A stretch of 63,348 nt of DNA, filler included, from Octopus bimaculoides (lineage: Eukaryota): the NCBI RefSeq assembly GCF_001194135.2. It is 6 parts of 6 records of this genome, joined end to end, with 100 filler letters (N's around TTAATTAATTAA, not from the genome) between each part and the next. Parts side by side here need not be neighbours in the genome. Positions count along the whole stretch, not along the records: positions 58,332 to 63,348 come from NC_068983.1; 5 more parts are not named here. One strand, written 5' to 3'. The notes below the pieces were generated by a model. That model made no database searches. It worked only from the letters and a program-made list of their open reading frames with translations, and was not told the DNA's origin. The translations under genes and the position numbers were made by a program. Within the stretch, counting starts at the first letter, position 1. The number at the start of each line of letters is the position of its first letter. Below are positions 60,449 through 63,348 of this stretch, one piece after another.

Positions 60449-60597
60449 ATTATTATTTTTATTATTATTATTATTCAGGTCACGACCTGGAATCGAACTC
60501 GGAATCTTGGGGTTAGTAGCCCACACTCTTAACCACTATGCCATATGCCCATGTGTTAACAACAAACAAGTAGAGGACAATTATCTGTCAAATGTAT
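60247..60597 (-). mobile_element. Composite element: inverted 44-bp end, tRNA-like head, (AAT)n and Penelope-like segment with hammerhead motif
   Basis: Head 60476-60550 (TGGCATAGTGG; GAGTTCGATTCC), (AAT)n 60408-60475, body 60247-60407. 60553-60597 is an inverted copy of 60285-60327. Confidence 0.7.
60323..60368 (-). ncRNA. Minimal type I hammerhead ribozyme motif
   Basis: GACAC-CUGAUGA-AGACUG(GAGGGUGUAU)CAGCU-GAAA-CG-UU-GUGUU. Helix I is GACAC/GUGUU, helix II is a hairpin, and palindromic AACGUU replaces helix III. Confidence 0.65.
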
Positions 60598-61004
60598 ATA
60601 ATATATATATGTATATAATATATATATATTATATAATATATGTATATAATATATATATATGTATATAATATATATATATTATATAATATATGTATATAAT
60701 ATATATATGTATAGTAAGAGGAGAGATATAAATATCCAGACAGATAACTCATTACTCTATGTGAAGTGCCAAGGCTGATTTCTTTCAATGGTCGTTTTGA
60801 GGTATATTTCCCCAAAAACTACCATCCACACTTTCTGGTTGGTTTATTCATAATAATTGTCCACCATGTGTTTTGATCATATCAATAGCAAATTGCTGCA
60901 TATTTATATGCAGGGATTTATGCATAAGTTGTATGATCACCGGACAATTATCATGAGTAATCCAAGCAGAAAGTCTCAATGCCCAAATTCTTCATTTTCC
61001 TTAT

Positions 61005-61503
61005 TAAGTGAGACCAAAATCCAAGGCCTCTGCCAGGGATGTAGCCAGCCCACTTACGCGTAGCATTCCTTCTTTGGACACTAAACTCCACTTACGAAGA
61101 CCTGTTGGGGCAAGCGAAAGCGGAATCTTGATGGTACCTATACCAGTAGATCACTAAGAGCATTGTCCGAGCATGATCGTTGCCAGAGCACCAGCTGTCT
61201 GGCTTCCATGCCGGTGGCATGTAAATAGCACCATTTGAGTGTGATCGTTACCAACGTCGCCTTCCTGGCACGTGAAAAGACATTCAAGCAAGTTCGTTGC
61301 CAGTACCGCTGGACTGGCCACCTGTGCAGGTGGCATGTAAAATACACCATTTCGAGCGTGGCCGTTGCCAGTACCATCCAGCTGTTGAAAATCTGCCAAA
61401 TCAGATTGGAGCCTGGTGTAGCCATCTGGCTCACCAGTCCTCAGTCAAATCGTCCAACCCATGCTAGCATGGAAAGTAGATGTTAAACGACGATGATGAT
61501 GAT
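61005..61503 (+). mobile_element. RTE-like 3' end (family C), rearranged
   Basis: Homologous to the 8384 and 59691 copies; (GAT)n tail. Confidence 0.75.
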
Positions 61504-62421
61504 CATCATCATATATGCATATATATAAATATGTAATTTAGAGAAAAAACCCACAATTATTTAATTCATCCATGAAAATCCACAATCATATATAGAAAAA
61601 TTTAATAAGTAAATACACTAAAAAGACCTATAATAAAAATCAAAAAAGTACAAAGTAATAAATATTAAAATAGTAAAAATGACTACACATGTTTCATAAC
61701 CATATTTTCAAATAGAAAATAAAATAAAAATCGAATCGATTCAAAATAAATCGACCAAAAATCAATTCTATTCAAAAATGTAGCTAATCATCCGGTCAAA
61801 ATACAATAATAATAATAAAATCAATGTATATATATCGACTAACAATAAATATCAAATGAATTCATATAAAAATACTTATTTTACCAATAAATAAAAGAAA
61901 AACATTTAACAATATTACTGAAAATAAATGCAATACTTATCTTATCGAAGCTTTAGTTTAAACTAAAATTTTAAACATTATACTTTTAACTTAGTGATTA
62001 TTAGAATTAAGTCGCATGAAAATATGGCATAAAGAAAAGCAATAGAATAAAGAGATATATAAATATGTATTTAAGTTTTATTTATAAAATCAAAATGTAT
62101 TTTAGCTGTAATAATAATAAATTAACTGTATTATAAACATTTACTGGAAAATTTTAAATTCTAAATAATTTTAAAGTCTAATAAATTAAAACTAAAATAC
62201 GTAAATTAGATAATATACACGAAAGAAGCTAAAATACTATAAATTAATATATTTACATTAAATAAATTAATTAGAATATTTAAATTATTTATTTTATAAA
62301 AATCATATTATCATTTAATTATTAATTTATAATATTCACTAAAAATAGTATCGTACTAATTAATACACACTTTATAAGTAGAAATTATAACTACTACAAT
62401 TATTAAACATAAAATAGGGTT

Positions 62422-62461
<40 letters not shown>

Positions 62462-62462
<1 letters not shown>

Positions 62463-62650
62463 GTGGCCATTGCCAATACCACCTGACTGGCCCTAGTGCC
62501 GGTGACACATAAAAGCACCCATTACACTCTCGGAGTGGTTGGCGTTAGGAAGGGCATCCAGCTGTAGAAACTCTGGAAGCCAGTCAGCTGCTCTGGCAGC
62601 GATCACACTCAGATGGTGCTCTTAGCACTCCACTGGTACAGGTACCAGTC
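62462..62650 (+). mobile_element. Family C internal fragment
   Basis: CTCTCGGAGTGGTTGGCGTTAGGAAGGGCATCCAGCTGTAGAAACT. Confidence 0.75.
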
Positions 62651-63053
62651 ATCGAATTTGTGAATTTGATTTGATATGTATATATATATATATGTATTAT
62701 ATCTATATTATATTATATATGCGATGTGCTTGTGCAAAAGACAGCAAAACATAATGCACCCAAAGTGATAGATTATTTATTGAAAGGATGGATCAATTAA
62801 CCAAGAGCTGGACATCAATATTTCTAGCGTACCACAAACAAAAGCCTACTTATTTTCATGGTTGAATAGATTGTCATCAAAGTAAATAACACCGTTAACA
62901 TTGCCACTGGTAGCAGTATAAACATTTACATAAAACTCCTTTAAATGACTTCTATTCCTGCTAACTGAACAACCACTAGTGTCAACAATGTTACTAATAT
63001 GACCAAGACTCCAGGGATGGCTACTCTGAAGAGTGTCTGCAATTAGGTCTCAG

Positions 63054-63348
63054 TTGTTGTTGTTGTTGTTGGCACTCCGTCGCTTACGACGTCGAGGGTT
63101 CCAGTTGGTCCGATCAGCGGAACAGCCTGCTCGTGAAATTAACGTGCAAGTGGCTGAGCACTCCACAGACACATGTACCCTTAATGTAGTTCTCAGGGAT
63201 ATTCAGCGTGACACAGTGTGACAAGGCTGACCCTTTGAATTACAGGCACAACAGAAACAGGAAGTAAGAGTGAGAGAAAGTTGTGGTGAAAGAGTACAGC
63301 AGGGTTCGCCACCATCCCCTGCCGGAGCCTCGTGGAGCTTTAGGTGTT
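63054..63348 (-). mobile_element. SINE family D, cut by the window end
   Basis: Reverse-complement match to 35270-35559. Confidence 0.85.

Overview
AT-rich eukaryotic genomic scaffold with many N gaps. It is saturated with microsatellites, tRNA-derived SINEs and decayed retroelements; the repeat landscape suggests an octopod cephalopod (Octopus sp.), which is an inference. No intact host gene is recognisable. Nearly all listed ORFs are microsatellite or gap artefacts, and only a few low-confidence candidate exons and two promoter-like motif clusters remain. Recognisable mobile DNA: a near full-length decayed L1/Tx1 LINE (36.9-40.7 kb, minus) plus a separate Tx1-like 3' end, several R4/Dong-type RLE retrotransposon 3' fragments sitting in (TAA)n tracts, a CR1/L2-group 3' end, RTE-like 3' ends, a Helitron/PIF1 helicase fragment, two MITE-like foldbacks and at least five SINE families (A, B, D, D', F are my own labels). 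The most interesting signal is a Penelope-type minimal hammerhead-ribozyme motif in three copies. One copy (60.25-60.6 kb) has an intact core, is fused behind a tRNA-like Pol III head, and is flanked by an inverted repeat that starts at the predicted cleavage site. Other highlights are a LINE/SINE pair sharing a covarying 3' hairpin, a telomeric (CCCTAA)n insertion inside a retrotransposon ORF, and a 46-bp near-perfect hairpin.
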